This document shows positions 63,818 to 64,000 of a DNA stretch of 64,000 bases, one piece after another. Under the pieces are notes generated by a model that did not search any database, was not told the origin of the DNA, and worked only from the letters and a program-made list of their open reading frames with translations. How positions within the stretch are numbered: position 1 is the first letter of the stretch; each line of letters begins with the position of its first letter. Both the position numbers and the translations under genes were made by a program. Source of the DNA: Octopus vulgaris (taxonomy: Eukaryota); the NCBI GenBank assembly GCA_951406725.2, contig OX597823.1, positions 81,778,001-81,842,000 of the forward strand. Direction: 5' to 3'.

Positions 63818-64000
63818 GACAACCGGTGTTGGTGTGTTTACGTCCCCTAGGTTAGCTATTCGGAATAAGTGATCGATAGAATAAGTACCAGTCTAAAAAA
63901 AAAAAAAGAAAAGAAATTAGTTCTAGGGGCGATTCGTTCGACTAACGTTTTTCAACGTGGATCCCCAGTCTGATCGCATGCTGAAAACTGAAACAAGTAA

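Overview
AT-rich, repeat-dense eukaryotic DNA, most likely an octopus (inferred from the SINE, RTE and microsatellite landscape). It holds one complete host protein-coding gene: a minus-strand CIB2/CIB3-like calcium- and integrin-binding EF-hand gene. Its 7 coding exons (48323->21676; 51/35/118/148/107/89/22 nt, all GT-AG) give 189 aa, MGNQIVTF...NTFHIRI. A tRNA-Glu(TTC) cluster at 56-63 kb has 5 near-identical genes and 2 decayed copies, and part of it lies in a recent ~4.1-kb tandem duplication. The rest is nested mobile DNA: CORE-like and Meta-like tRNA SINEs, RTE/CR1/CRE LINE ends, mariner relics and MITEs, a Merlin transposase relic with Merlin-like MITEs, a Helitron relic and Penelope-like relics. 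The most striking unexplained structure is a set of long palindromes (67-296 bp arms) embedded in (TA)n tracts and associated with hammerhead-ribozyme motifs, best read as inverted Penelope-like pseudo-LTRs. Most long ORFs in the supplied track are microsatellite artefacts. All family assignments come from motif recognition by eye; no searches were run.
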